A DNA stretch of 64,000 nt from Diplonema japonicum (taxonomy: Eukaryota > Protista > Euglenozoa: Diplonemea). The DNA is taken from the NCBI GenBank assembly GCA_964019335.1, contig OZ025665.1:1-64000 (forward strand). The letters are read 5' to 3'. Made by a program: the position numbers and the translations under genes. Shown here piece after piece: positions 44,471-58,860 of this stretch (positions within the stretch are counted from its first letter, which is position 1; each line of letters opens with the position of its first letter). The notes beneath the pieces were generated by a model that searched no databases, was not told where the DNA came from, and was given only the letters and a program-made list of their open reading frames with translations.

Positions 44471-46434
44471 TTAGTTGCATGCCGTGAGTCTCACACCTTC
44501 CTTCCCCTTGTCGTCCATGTCAGGCAAGTCAACAGTGTACTGGGTCAGATCGACGGTGCTCTTGTAAGGACCGTTGTAGGCCACCTGTGTTTGTTTTTCC
44601 TTTTTTTTTCTCCCTCTTCAAACCTGTCCCCCCTGGAATGCCACCACATGGTTGCAACACTTAAGGAGCTCCTCGTCGTGCGTCAATGCTATCACGGTTC
44701 GGCGGGATGACTGTGGATGGTCTTTGTTTCTACTTCTCTTGCACACCTCATCTCCCTCACGGACGTCCATGATGATCGAGCGTATTGTCTCTTGAAGAGC
44801 TTTCTGTGTTTTGTGTTTCGAGACCTTCCTGCGAGCATCCGACATACCTTGTTGACGGGGTCCAGCCCTGTCGTTGCCTCATCGAAGATCAGCAGGCGAG
44901 AGTTCCCCGCCATGTCCTTCGCCAGCGCCCTAGCAATGGCAATGCGCTGCCTCTGCCCGCCGGACAACTGCGACCCCTTCTCGCCAACAAAGGTCCCATA
45001 CCCGTCCTTCAGTGCCTGGATGAAGTCGTGTGCCCTGGCACGGCGGGCTGCGGACATGGCAAGGTCCATGGGGTCGACACCCGGAGGGACCACTACCCCG
45101 AACAGGATGTTGTACAGCACAGTGCCACCGAAGAGCAGCGGGTCCTGCGGCACGTACGCAACAAGCTTCCGTATCTGCGCATTTGTGATGTTCGCAAGAT
45201 CGACACCTTCCAGCTTGATGCTGCCCGACTCAGGGGTGTACAGCTTCAACAACAAGTTCACTAGTGTAGTCTTCCCTGCACCAGAGTGCCCCACAACAGC
45301 ACAGCACGATCCTGATGGAATGCTGAACGACACGTCCCTCCACACGGTGCCCTGCCGCGAGGGGTACCGGAACACTACATTCTCGACCTTGAGGTCGCCG
45401 CCAACAGCGGACTCAGGCAACATGTGCGTCTCGCAAATGCTGCGGTCGGAGGCGAGCTCCTCCTGAGGGAGGTCGAGGAGGTGGAACATCCTGCCTGCGG
45501 TGCCCATGGACTTCATGAGGTCCGCTACGAAGTTGCCGACACCAAGAATGCCGACACCGCCGAACATGGTGTAGATGAGAAGGGAGGTGAGGGAGCCAAC
45601 TGTGAGCTTGTTCTGCGAGACCTGGATGCCGCCCGCCCACAGCAGGGTCAGAACGACGACGTAGCCAGAAGTCTGAAGGAAGGACTGGTAGGAGGCGGAG
45701 GCAAGAGTGCCCCTGTTCGCAATGTCAGTGACACTGTCTAGTGCTGCGAAGTACTGCTCTTCGGCGGCTTGCTGCTGACCGAAGGCTATGACGAGCCTAA
45801 TATTGCTGAGGAACTCCTCTGCGATGACAGACTTGAGTGCGAGCTCGTCGCCCGCTTCGCGTTCAATCCGCCGTGCGAGGCGGCCGTAGGTGCCAGCTGA
45901 GAAGGCAACGGGGGGGAGCATCATGAAGAGGAGAGTTGCGAGCTTAGGTGATATTTTGAACATGACGGCTAGAGCGCCAATGGTCTGCGCGATGTTCTTG
46001 AGCCCTTGGAGCAGGGACTCTGTCAGGGACTTGCCTATCTTCTCGGTATCGGTTGTGAGGCGGGCTAGCAGCTCGGCGGTCCTGTTTGCCTCGTCGTCGT
46101 AGAAGGCCATCCCCCTCCCCATCAGCTTTGAGAACAGGTTCCTCCTTAGCCTTGCTACGATCCTCTCGCTTGCCCTTCCCGCCAAATACTGCCTCCCAAA
46201 GTTCGCCACCCCTCCTAAAGCAAACAGCCCAAGAAGCTTCTGGCAATGCGTTTTAATAGACTCCGGCGACCCCTTGCCCCCTAGGTCAATCAGCATGCCT
46301 AGCCCCTTCGGGATCTGCAACGTCACATAGCTATAAGCCCCAAGCATCACCATCGACACACCAAGTGTGCCTGCCTCAGGTGCAGCATAACTCATCAGCT
46401 GCTTCATCGTCCCCTCCTTTCTTTCATTTGTCAT
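44471..46434 (-). CDS. ABCB half-transporter (ABCB10/Mdl1-like; 3 introns near the 3' end)
   Basis: TMD, Walker A GHSGAGKT, LSGGQRQRIAIARA, IFDEAT; spliced tail TVIALTH...CN stop. The start may lie further upstream. Confidence 0.9.
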
Positions 46435-46827
46435 GTTTCTTTTTCTTTTTTATCCTCTTCTTCTTTTTCTGCCTTTCTTTGCCTCTTTTGATACCTTAGT
46501 GCGAAACGGAGAGGGGGGGGGGAGAAACCTCTTTGTTTTAGTCCTGAAAGTTTTAGAAAAAAGAAAAACAGGGGGAAAGAAAAAATGAGTGGGTCGGGGA
46601 GGGGGCATCACTGCACAAAGAATTATCATTTTCCTCTTAAATTGAGGTATAAAAAAAAACGAGAAAAAAAAAAGTAGAGAGAAGAGAAGAAGAGAAAGAG
46701 ATATAAGAAAAACCCCCCTCTTCCGCGTGCTAGAGACGCACGCAGTCCCCTTAAGAAGTATTGCACCGTCTCGGGCAGATGTATGTCCCCACGAAGGTTA
46801 ATACAACGTACCCTAAACGACAGTACA

Positions 46828-46885
46828 GGACAGGGCAGGGTAGACCTGGGACAGGGCAGGGTAGACCTGGGACAGGGCAGACCTG
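46828..46885. repeat. 21-bp tandem repeat (ggacagggcagggtagacctg), ~2.6 copies
   Basis: Seen directly. Confidence 0.9.
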
Positions 46886-47725
46886 CCATGTGATGAAGAA
46901 CCAGGAATAAAGAAAAAATGTAGCGTGCAAAGGAGGGCACGAGTAGGGGGTGATATTGCTATGCTGCCGCTCTGCATTCTTTCAATAATAAAACCAGAGA
47001 AAAAAAAAAGGGGGGAAAAGAAATATATGAAAAAGGAAAAAGGAAGAAGAGAAAAAAAAATATGACACAAATAAAAAGTAAAAAATAAAGACCTCGGAGG
47101 AAGCTAACGAAGAAAAAAAGAAAAAAAAAGAGGAACAGGTGCTGTTGCCTGTGCAAATGGCTAGACGCTGCTTGATGTGTTCCTCAACGGGGAGAAAAGA
47201 AAATGAGGCGAGGGAGAGGGAGAAAAACATATAAAAAAAAAAAGAAGGTTGTAACTATTCCATTGTTAATCCTGAGTGGCGAATAAATACCCGTGGGGGG
47301 ACAGAATGGATGTAACCCCCTTACCTCTATCTTTCTTTTTTCTTCTCCTTTTTCTTTTTCATTCTTTCTTTTAATTATTCGTTCTTTTCCTTCCCCCCTC
47401 CAAGGCTAGCAAGGGTGCGCTGAAAGAAGAAACAAAAAAAAGGGGGGGGAATGGGGGAAAACACACTAAATTCTGGGTTTGGAACTTATCTTTTTCTTTG
47501 TTTAAAAAAAAAAAAAGCGAGAACGGAAACGAAGGGGAAGAGGGGGAACAGGAATAAAAAATTTAGTAAAATCAATCCAGGAAAAAAAAAGGGGGGGAAA
47601 AATCTACTCTCTTCTTTTAAATCTCTTCTACCATAACAGACTCCTTTTTAAAACCTTCCATGACATAACAAAAGCGGTAAAGCCAAGCTGTCAGAGCGCA
47701 AACTTCACTTGCCTTTCACTGCAGC

Positions 47726-47768
47726 CTCCGATGCCTAGTAACCTTTGGAGGGTTACTAGGCATCGGAG
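47726..47768. repeat. Perfect 18-bp inverted repeat with 7-nt loop
   Basis: ctccgatgcctagtaacc-tttggag-ggttactaggcatcggag. Confidence 0.95.
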
Positions 47769-47965
47769 CACAACCCTGTTAGCAATAAACCAAGCATAGG
47801 GCGCCTTTCATCCACAACGCTATTCCCACTACTCTACTTGATCCTTTTTTTTTCTCGTTTTACAGTATTTATTTTAATTTCTTTCATCTTTCTTTTGTAT
47901 TCTTTTTTTTTTTCTTTTTTTCTTTTCCCGCCTAATAAAAAATCACTGTTCTCCTTTTTCTTATC

Positions 47966-48776
47966 TTAATCGCTTGCCAGCATATCGAGTGCCTTTTCCA
48001 GGTTCCCTTTGCATTTTTCTAACACCTCCAGATGCTGTAAAAAAAAGGGGTTTGCGAGTTTTCCCCTCCCAACTCCATACCATGTCTTCATTAGGTATCC
48101 CCATAGCCTTGAGCTGGGCAAGCTCCGAGCTGTACTGCCCGCCTTCCATGGACTCCTCTTCATCATCATCATCACAGTACATGTCTTCATCGTCATCGTA
48201 AAGAGGTGTTGCTTCTGCTTCCCGAAGGGCGGCAGAGGGCCGCTTGTCTTCAGTGAGAGGGGGTTCGAAGTCTGCTGGGAGCTGTTTGTTCGCCTTGTCC
48301 ACCAGCTTGCGGACACGCTCGTTGTAGCACTCCCGGTTCTTTCTCCACTCCACCAGTGCGTCCACATTGGCAGGTGCACCCGACTCAGAAGGGTCGGGAT
48401 CGGCGATCATTGAAATTACAGATAACAACACCTTCTCAAGGGATTGGACGGGCGTCCATCTCATTTGGGCAGTCTCTGAGCTGTTCATCTCGTCCGTTCC
48501 CGGAGGGTGCAGGATGCTGATGCACACCGTCCCATTGGTGTACACGTTGGGGTGCCAAAACTCAGAAACGAACCGCATCTCAGGCGGCTTCATAGGGAAG
48601 TCCTCCGTAAAGGTGAGCTGTGCATGGAATGTCCCGTTCATGTAAGGCGTGTCCTTCGGGCCCAGCAACCACACATCCCACTTGAACAGGTTCCCGTCGG
48701 ACGGTTCCACTTTAAACCCCGCCACGGGGTTCCTCATTAGATCGTTGAGCTGCTTGGCCAGGTGTGCCTTCGCCAT
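47966..48776 (-). CDS. Ubiquitin-conjugating enzyme E2, Cdc34/Ubc7 family, with acidic linker and UBA-like tail (1 intron)
   Basis: WHPNVY.NGTVCISILHPPG with acidic-loop insert, RWTPVQS, PANVDA. Intron 48035-48080 gives QLKAMGI..GNLEKALDML. Confidence 0.92.
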
Positions 48777-51178
48777 CTTTCTTTCTTTTTTTTTTTTCTT
48801 TTTTCTTCCCTTCCTCTTTTTTCCTTTTTTTTTTCTGTTTCCAAGAAAAGAGGAAAAAAAAATGAGGGCAGAGTGCTTATTGCGTGAATACTATGGTGGA
48901 AAGAAAAATAAAAGGATGAAGTGTGGGGGGGATAAATAAAAAATAAATAAAATCTTGTTTCCATGCTCCCCCCCACCCTCCAAGGGAGAGGAGGGCCCTT
49001 GTGACCTTTTTCTGAATCATTTTAACTCCTCCTTGAGAAAACCCAAAAGGAAAAAGGGGGGAAAGCGGGGTAAGAGAACGAGCGTCAACCGTCTTAAAGG
49101 AAAGGCATCAAATTAACTAGAAAAAAATCCCTGCTTTCCTGCACTCCCTTTTTTATTTTTCATTTCTCTTTTTCTTTTTTTTTTTTTCTTTCTTTCTTTC
49201 TTTTGCAAACTTTTCAACAAAAGGCTTAAAAAACTATTCTTGAGCAGTTTTTTAAAGAGGGGAAGAAGGTGAAACAAAGGAAAATCTAACAAAGGAAAAG
49301 AGAACATTGGTTAATTTCTAAATAGGGAGTCATATTTGTGCCCTGATGCTGGTCTTCTTGACGAAAACACCCCTAAGATAGCACCCCACCTCTATGACCT
49401 CATTGAGGCCCTGCAACTAGCCTAGGGGTACATAAGTATAATCGCATCTCAACCCTCTGGGCCTCGTGGGAAGGCATCAAGTGCTACACAATTGCCCCTT
49501 ATTTAGAAATTCCCCCAAAATCTTTATAAAAAAAAACCTTAAAAAATCGAAATGAGATTCGAAAGAAAAAAGAAGGGGGGGAGGGAATGGGTTAACCCTG
49601 TTGTTCTTCTTTTCCTTTTCTTTTGGTTTTTTTTTTTCTTTTCGTTCTTCTCTTCTTTCTTTTTCATTGCTCCGACGCCCAAGAATCCAGCCACACGGTG
49701 CTGTCATTTTGAATTGCAGTTCATTTGTATAAGAGTGCGAAAGGGCGTAAAAAGGCGGGGAAAAAAATTTCTTTTTTAGAAAGGGTATTCTTTTCTTCTT
49801 CTTCGTTTTTCTTTTTTTTCTTTTTTTTTTTACAACAGCTCTTAGTGGTGAGGGAAAAGGATGCCTTGCTGACATGCAAAAAAAAAAAAAAAAATAGCTA
49901 TCTATTGCCAACAAGTTGTAATGACACCACCGCAAGTCCTGAGAGAGGACATGGCCCTGTACCTGAGGACGGCTGGTGCCTCTCTACCTCGCACCAGTCC
50001 TTCTCTTACCTCGCGCGGCTCTATGAAAATAGATAGCTATGTGTTACCATAAATAAGTAAACATTAAGTAAGTAGTTCTACTACACCCTTTCACCGCTTG
50101 AGCCTGCCATCTCCTGCTAAACAGGTTATCGCCCTTCACATCTGAAGGTGCTCCTGCACGAAGGGTGCATGAAAAAAAAAGGGGGGGGGTAAACAAAACA
50201 AACAATTATAAAGTGTCACTATCCTTTTTTTTAAAATATCTACGAAAATTAATAATGAGAAGAAAGAGAAGAAAGTTACACGGATGATGGCGAACGGGCC
50301 CTCAAAATAAGGAGAGCAAAGGTACTCTTACCCGCCCCGCCTTGCTGATACGTCAAAGTACACGGTTCCTTCTCACTTTGAGGTCTAGCTTAAGGGGTGC
50401 CACCACCCGATAACTTTGGTACTGCTGCCTTGCTAGCTTTGCTGCCTTGAAAAAAAAAAGGGGAATGAAAAGCCTTATATCAACCCCGACCGGAGTGCAC
50501 AAATTCAGCCTAAGAAGGAACAATAAAAGAAAACAAAAAAAAAAAAAAACTGGGCCTAAACAGAGGGCAGGAGGCAAGAGTACACCCCTGACCAGACCTA
50601 CCCTCTTTTCAGGCACTTCTTGTGGCATCGAGAAGAAAAAAGCAGTTTACAAGTAGGAAGGAGAGGGGAGGGGGATATGGAATGAAAGAATGGGGATAAG
50701 AATCTCGTTTGTTTTATTTATTCTTTCCCTTGAAATTCTTCTGGGAAAGAAGAAAAAGAAAAAAAGAACAGCCCCAAGCTCCGTTTTTCTTTCTCTTCTT
50801 CCCCTCTTTTTGTTATCCTTTTCCATCTTCCTCTTTCCCTGCTCTGAGGTCCAAGCTCAGTTAAGGAACAAATTAAAATAAAAGGGAACAAGAAACATAA
50901 AGAGGAGAACGAAAATAGGAAAAAAAAGCCGAAGACAAGAAGGGGCTTGGGAGAGAATAAGAAAAAAAGAAATAAACATTCACATTTAGTTATATGGACG
51001 GACAAGGTGGAGAAGAGGAGGGACCAAGGGAGGGGAGCCCCCCCCTGACCCTTCCTGCGGTCGTTGCTGCGACGTACTCGCCACCTATGGTTTCTTCTTT
51101 TCTTCTTTTTATTTTCTTGTTTTTTTCCATTAAATCCCTGAGGGACAACCTACAGGGTTTTAACAGTTTTATGAAATT

Positions 51179-53265
<2,087 letters not shown>

Positions 53266-53494
53266 ATTCTGTTATCTTATTTACTTTTTTTCTCCTTTTT
53301 TCCTTCGTGAAACTGATCACCCCCGCTGCCTGTCTTTGAAGTTGATACGCGCTTGCTGTCGCTGTGGCTCAATTTAAGAAAAAAGAAAATAAACAAAAAA
53401 ACGAGGGGGAGTGGGAGAAAAAAAAATCAGGGGGGCTTTCGGGGATTTAATAGTGTAATAAAAAAAAGAAGAAGGAATCTTTTAAAATTGTCCT

Positions 53495-53737
53495 TCAGTA
53501 TCCCTTGTAGGTAACCCACCAACCGGGTCCTGAGACCTCTGAGTAGTCAACGGCGTTCCAGCCAGTCCCCTTCACGATGTTGGGGTTGTGGATGGAACCT
53601 TCTTTCTTCTGGTGCTGGAGCTGTTTGTGAGTAGTGGTAGCTTATCGCGGGCGACAACACACCTGAAGGGTGGACTTCACAGCCGACTTGCTGGCAGACG
53701 GGATGATGGCAGGGCTCGACACATTGGGGTGGGCCAT
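53495..53737 (-). CDS. Small 66-aa two-exon protein (not in the ORF track)
   Basis: ATG 53737 after an A-run, GT..ACAG intron 53621-53662, TGA 53495: MAHPNVSSPAIIPSASKSAVKSTLQ|LQHQKKEGSIHNPNIVKGTGWNAVDYSEVSGPGWWVTYKGY. Confidence 0.7.
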
Positions 53738-53814
53738 TTTTCTTTTTTTTGTTGTTTTTTTTGTGTAGTGTGGGAACGCCTTTTCTTTTTCTTTCTTTTT
53801 CTTATTTTCGGCTT

Positions 53815-53904
53815 ATGTCGGCTCTTCCTAACCTAGACAAGCAGAATTGTCTAAGGGTTGGATTGTTCACCCACTAACAGGGAACGTGAGCTGGGCTTAG
53901 ACCG
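53815..53904 (+). rRNA. Isolated 90-bp fragment of cytosolic LSU rRNA domain V (non-functional copy)
   Basis: ATGTCGGCTCTTCCTA..GGATTGTTCACCCACTAACAGGGAACGTGAGCTGGGCTTAGACCG is the conserved peptidyl-transferase/A-loop sequence; the flanks are not rRNA. Confidence 0.9.
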
Positions 53905-55440
53905 GGTCTGATTTAATCTGTCAAGATAGAGTAAAAAAAAGAATCCCAAACCGCCAAACTTATGCCAAGGCTGCGGCCTCTGGCTAAGCCGTTGTCTTCG
54001 AGCAAGGCACCGAGTAGCTACCCTTTCTTAGCTCGATTCTTCTTCTTTTTCTTTTCTTTTGTCGAAGCAAAAAAAAAAAAAAATAATAATAATAAACGAC
54101 AAACCTACCCTATCAATGGCCCTAGGGAGGGGAAGGATATACAGAAGAAAATAAAATAAAAAAGCGAATTTGGATCCTTGCGATAAAATATATATATGAG
54201 TTAAAGGAGGCCGGTGTTGGCGGCGCCCTGCACAAGAACTGTCTACTTGATTACAGGGGGCGCACCGCGGCCGAGTTGTAGCTTCTTCTGCGTTCCGCGT
54301 CGTGTCCTTAATGCGTGCGGTGTACAGCTCAACCCCAGCCGGTGCGTCCCGGGTAACCAAGATTCTGCGCTCGTGCAGTTTGCTGCCTGTTCGTCACCCT
54401 GAGCATCTGCATTATGTTCTTCCACTCGGGCGCTACCGGTGATGACCGACGAGGAGGTCAACAGCGAACAACACATCTGATGTACTTCTTATATTTCCAT
54501 GTTATCCCCACCACCACCATAAAATAGAGGGGAAGGGGTGGCGTGTTTGCGTAAAAGAGGAAAGGAAAGGACAGAAAAGGAAGAATGGGGACAAAAGACT
54601 TTTCGGAGAAGGGGGGGGGGGGGGGGGGGGGGTATGTCTTCCTGTCGATTCATGTTCTGTTTCTTTCTCTTTTTCCCACCTTTTTTTTCCTTCTTATTCT
54701 CCATCATTCTCAATGTCCCTCCCCTGTTTTAAGAAGGGCTTGGGAGGGTGGAGAACAAAAAAAAAAGAAAACACACACTATTTTTTTTTTCGTTCTTTTC
54801 TTTTTGTTTTTCATGTTTCTTTTGAAGGGGGTTCTTTATTCTCGTCCCCTTCCCCCCCCCCCCCCCCCCCCTTTCCCCCCCTCCCTTCACTAAACCTGAT
54901 AATATAAAAACCTTCAAAAGAAATGTATGGTCACTTCCCTTAATCCCTCTGGCAGAGTCATGACTCATACCTCAAACGGAAAAAAAAGAGAAAGGGAAAA
55001 GAAATTAGATCGGACAGAGGAGGGGATACCTACGAGAAAAAGAGAAGGTGTTCTTTTTCTTTTTTTCTTCTTTCCTTGAATAAGACACGTGCAGACACAC
55101 AGGTAGGGGATAAATCATAAAAGAGAAGGGGTTGAAAGGCCGCATGAGCCCTTTAAGGAAGAAGAAGAAGGAAGGAGTAAAAAAAAAAAAAGAGAAAAAA
55201 AGCTAGTGGGTAGGAGGGGGAAAAAAATAAAGCGGGGGATAGGTTGTGAAAAAAAAAAAGAGAAGAATACAAAATAAGAGTGGAGAAGGAACGAAAGCAC
55301 AGAGGACGAGGACTGTTTTCTTTTCATCAGTTCCCCCCTTCTTTTTTTTTTCCTTTTCCCTGGCACAAAAGGAAAGAAAAAACCTGGATGTGGTTGGCTT
55401 TGGTTTCAGCATTGTTTACCGTGGCAGAAAAAAAAGATCG

Positions 55441-55900
55441 ATTTATGAAAAATAAAGTGGACCTTATTTCCCGCGGCTGATAATCTGTCTTGGGGGGTGA
55501 TTTTCCCTCGCTTCGCTCGTGAAAATCAGATTCGAGGAAAGATTATCAGCCAAGGGAAAGAGTAAAGTCCACTTTAATTCATGAATACGTTATTTTATTT
55601 ATTTTCTGGTTCCCGATCGCACTCCCAACCCCCCCAAAGCCAGGAAGTCCAGGATTTGACATAACATTAAGACAGGGGGTTGCTTGCACTGCTCGTCCAC
55701 GCCTTCAGCATGGCAGTCAACCTGGGCCAGTCTTGCAGGTTTGTGCTCATGCTTCATGGTATGGTTCAGGCGGCTATAAAGGGACCAGAGGCTCGACTTA
55801 AGTCTTCCTTTGTACAGGGCATCGAACTACGTTATCATGTCAGCCTCCCTGGGCTTTCTGGTGCGGATGCGGCTGAATTCGATGAACTCCCTGAGGAACC
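55441..55900 (-). mobile_element. Crypton-like (tyrosine recombinase transposon) relic: degenerate N-terminal coding fragment plus long terminal hairpin
   Basis: FIEFS..PREADMIT*FDAL..KSSLWSLYSRLNH..H/LQDWPRLTAMLK (one stop, one frameshift), and a 146-bp imperfect palindrome 55441-55586 centred on ctcgcttcgctcg. Confidence 0.5.
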
Positions 55901-56962
55901 TGGGTGCACCAGCGACGCATGGCCCCTGTTCTCGTCCACCCACAGCTCCCTACTTCCAGAGGGGCTGCGAGCGATGCTCTTACCGCAGATGCCATCCATG
56001 ACCGAAAGGCAAACCCCGACAGCCAACACCGGGATGCAACAGTAGAATGGTGACAGGTACGTGTAGGATCCCCTGTCCACGGTGGGCACCAACCATGGCA
56101 CAAATACCGCAAAACCTTGTTGATCTTCCGGCCTCCTTTCTTTGACGCCCCATTTTCACAAATCTGCTTAAAACATGAGGAAAAAAAATAAAGTGCTTTA
56201 TTTTCCCTAGGGAAATATGGAAAACTATTTTCACGGCTCTAGCCAAAATTCCTTTAGAGGGAATCCAGAAAATAAATAAAAGAGAAAAAAAACACTTCAC
56301 TCAAAAAAGGAAGAGAAAAAAAAAAAGAAACAGTCCGTAGGGAATCCTGTTAAATCAACGAGGAACTTTATCAACAAAAAAAAAAATAACCACCAACTAC
56401 CTTCAGTTTGCCAGAAGAAAATAAAGAAGACCTACCTACCCTGCCAAGAAAGGGGAAGAAGGAGAATGGGGGAAAAAAACACGAACTCTGTGTCTTTTTT
56501 TCCTTTTTTTCCTTTTCTTTTCTTTCTGTTATTTCTTTTCTCTCAATCTTATGAATCCTTTTTTTTCTTCTTTTCTTTCTTTTTCTTCTTCCTGTTCTCT
56601 CGCGAAAAGAAGTAAAAAAGGGGTAACGGCGGAGGGGTGTGGACAAAAAAAAAAGAATAATACTGCAACCTCTTAATTTCTGCCTCGCAAGACGAACACC
56701 TCGAAATAATCCTTGTACAAAGGGAGAAAAGGGGCAAAATAAAAAAATTTCAAAAAAAAAAGGCCCACCAATCAGCAAAAAAAAAAAAAAAAAAAAGATC
56801 GAGCTTCGTTAGATTCTTTTGACATAACTTAAGAAATTGCAGTAAAGTCGAAAAAAAGTAAGTAGTTGTTTAAATAATACAAAAAAAAAAAAAAATGGGG
56901 GGGAAGACGTACCCCACCCACGCATGCCCACACCGCACCCCACAACCCCAGTTTGAAATTCT

Positions 56963-58440
56963 TTAAGTCAGGTCCCTCGAATGATACGGAACCTCGTAAG
57001 TAACAGCCTGCTGTGCCTGTTGGGGTGCCTCTGCCAGTGGTCGTGATGAAGGGACGCCCTCACTGAAACTCCTATTCTTGGCTCCGCTTGTGTGTGGTTG
57101 TGATTGTATTTGTGCTGCTTGTGCTTGTGCTTGCAGAGGTTTAGGTGCGGTGTAAGGAGAGACAGCATCCTGAGGGGTAGATGTATTAAGCACTGCTGCT
57201 TGACTATGATCCCTTTGCATCTGATGTTGCTGCTGTTGCTGCTCTCCATCACCAGAGAAAACAGCCGCTGCGGGATTGCTCGTAAATGGAGTTGGGACAG
57301 GCTGTTGCTGCAGCTGTCGCTTCATTTCTGACGACTGTTTAATTGCTGCCTTTGTTTCTTTATTGAATACCTCTCTTGTCCGATGCACGTGCAGCTGATG
57401 GCAGTCGACCCCTGCTGGGCAGCAGCCTGCCCCTCTTGCGAAGTCGCCACAGTGCGGGATCGTTGTGGGCCGCAGCCTCCATTGTGACTGTTGAAGGGTA
57501 GAAGTACACTTGCTACATACCTGGCAGATTCTGCACCGCAGAATAGCCCACCCTCGCTTTATTCTGACGTTGTCCCATGAGTTGTGGGAGCATGGCCGTG
57601 TCAGCGCCACGCCCACAGGCCCCGACCGGATGGACTCGGCAAGGGACGGCATGGAGATGCAGGACGCGGTGTCGCTTGTGTCAGTAGTTAGAGATGGAAC
57701 AGGTGGGTGGAGAGAAGCTGTGGGGGAGGGGGTGGGGGAGGTGGATGGAGAGGGAGACTGCACAGCTGGAGTCGGAGCAGCCGTTCGTGGATGGCCTGGT
57801 GGGGTCATGCTTGCCAGGGGGTACATCCGGCTGTAAAAAAGAAAAAAAAATTACTTTTCCACATTCCTCTTTTCTTATTTGCATACACTTCAGAAAGCCT
57901 GCCTCCTTGAACATGGCACGCCCACAGCTGCCTGGGATGGGTGTGCCCCTTCGGGACTACGTCCACGTCGAACTCAGCCATCACAACGCCTGTGCCCTTC
58001 CCCATCGAGTAGAAGGACCGCGGTGTCCATGTGATGGTTGCGTTCCCGTTGTCCCAGACCTTCTTCAGTACAGTGTTGTAGTAAGTACACACGTCCTCTC
58101 TCCCGTTGCAAGTGTAAGCCCCTGCACGGCCGATGGAATCCGATAAGAAAATGTCAGGAGTCGTGAACTTCTCTACCCACTCTGTGACCCATCCCTCGTC
58201 CATGGCCTGTTGGTACAAAGCCCATACATGCTTCACGAAATCCACATCCTTCTCAGGGGACCCGCCCCCAGCAGCAGCAAGGGATGCAGATGCGATACTC
58301 GGCCCCTCGTCCCCGCCATGCCCCCGAAACAGTGACCACGCACTCACCATAAAATCAACCGCTGTCGTTTGCTCCCTCCCAGCAGGTTCGGGATTCTCAT
58401 ACCCTCCCCTGCTCCCGCTCATAGGCCATGCGAAGTCCAT
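56963..58440 (-). CDS. NTF2/SnoaL-like domain plus Cys/His Zn-binding domain protein (2 introns)
   Basis: WVEKFTTPD..YTCNGREDV..YY fold pattern; CSHNSWDNVR..LRCRIC..W..C.DF..C..G..C..LH; GT-AG introns at ~57831-57885 and ~57488-57520. Confidence 0.7.
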
Positions 58441-58860
58441 CTCCGCTTGCTATTGGATAAATCCTATTGTCCTCTTTTCTTTTTTCTTCTTTTTTTCCTC
58501 TTTCTTAATAAGGTCGTAACGGGCTTTCCCGCCCCACCCGCACCCCTCCCTACGACCTGTGGTGGTTGGCACGGTGGCGAAGGGAAACACAGACAAATAA
58601 CCTCGTAGAACGAAATTTTAAAATTAATTAAAACCTTTATTTTAAGCTTGGCTTTCTTTATTTATTTCTTGTCCCTACGCAGACCTACTTTCGTTCTCAC
58701 AATGAAAAGAAAAACAAAGGGGAAGGAACTGGACAACCCAAAGGAGATCCTCTAAACAAATGAAGTAAACTGTACATTACATTCGAAAGGGGGAGAAAGA
58801 AGAAGAAATTCATTAACATGGGGAACCTGAAGAAAACAGGGAGAAAAAGAAAGTAGACAC

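Noticed and set aside
46500-51170. Short K/F-rich ORFs in intergenic regions
   Set aside because: Products of A/T homopolymer tracts typical of UTRs and spacers here
54200-54485. GC-rich island as a gene or C/D snoRNA (gtgatga...ctga)
   Set aside because: No convincing protein in any frame; C and D boxes are only ~40 nt apart with no recognisable guide
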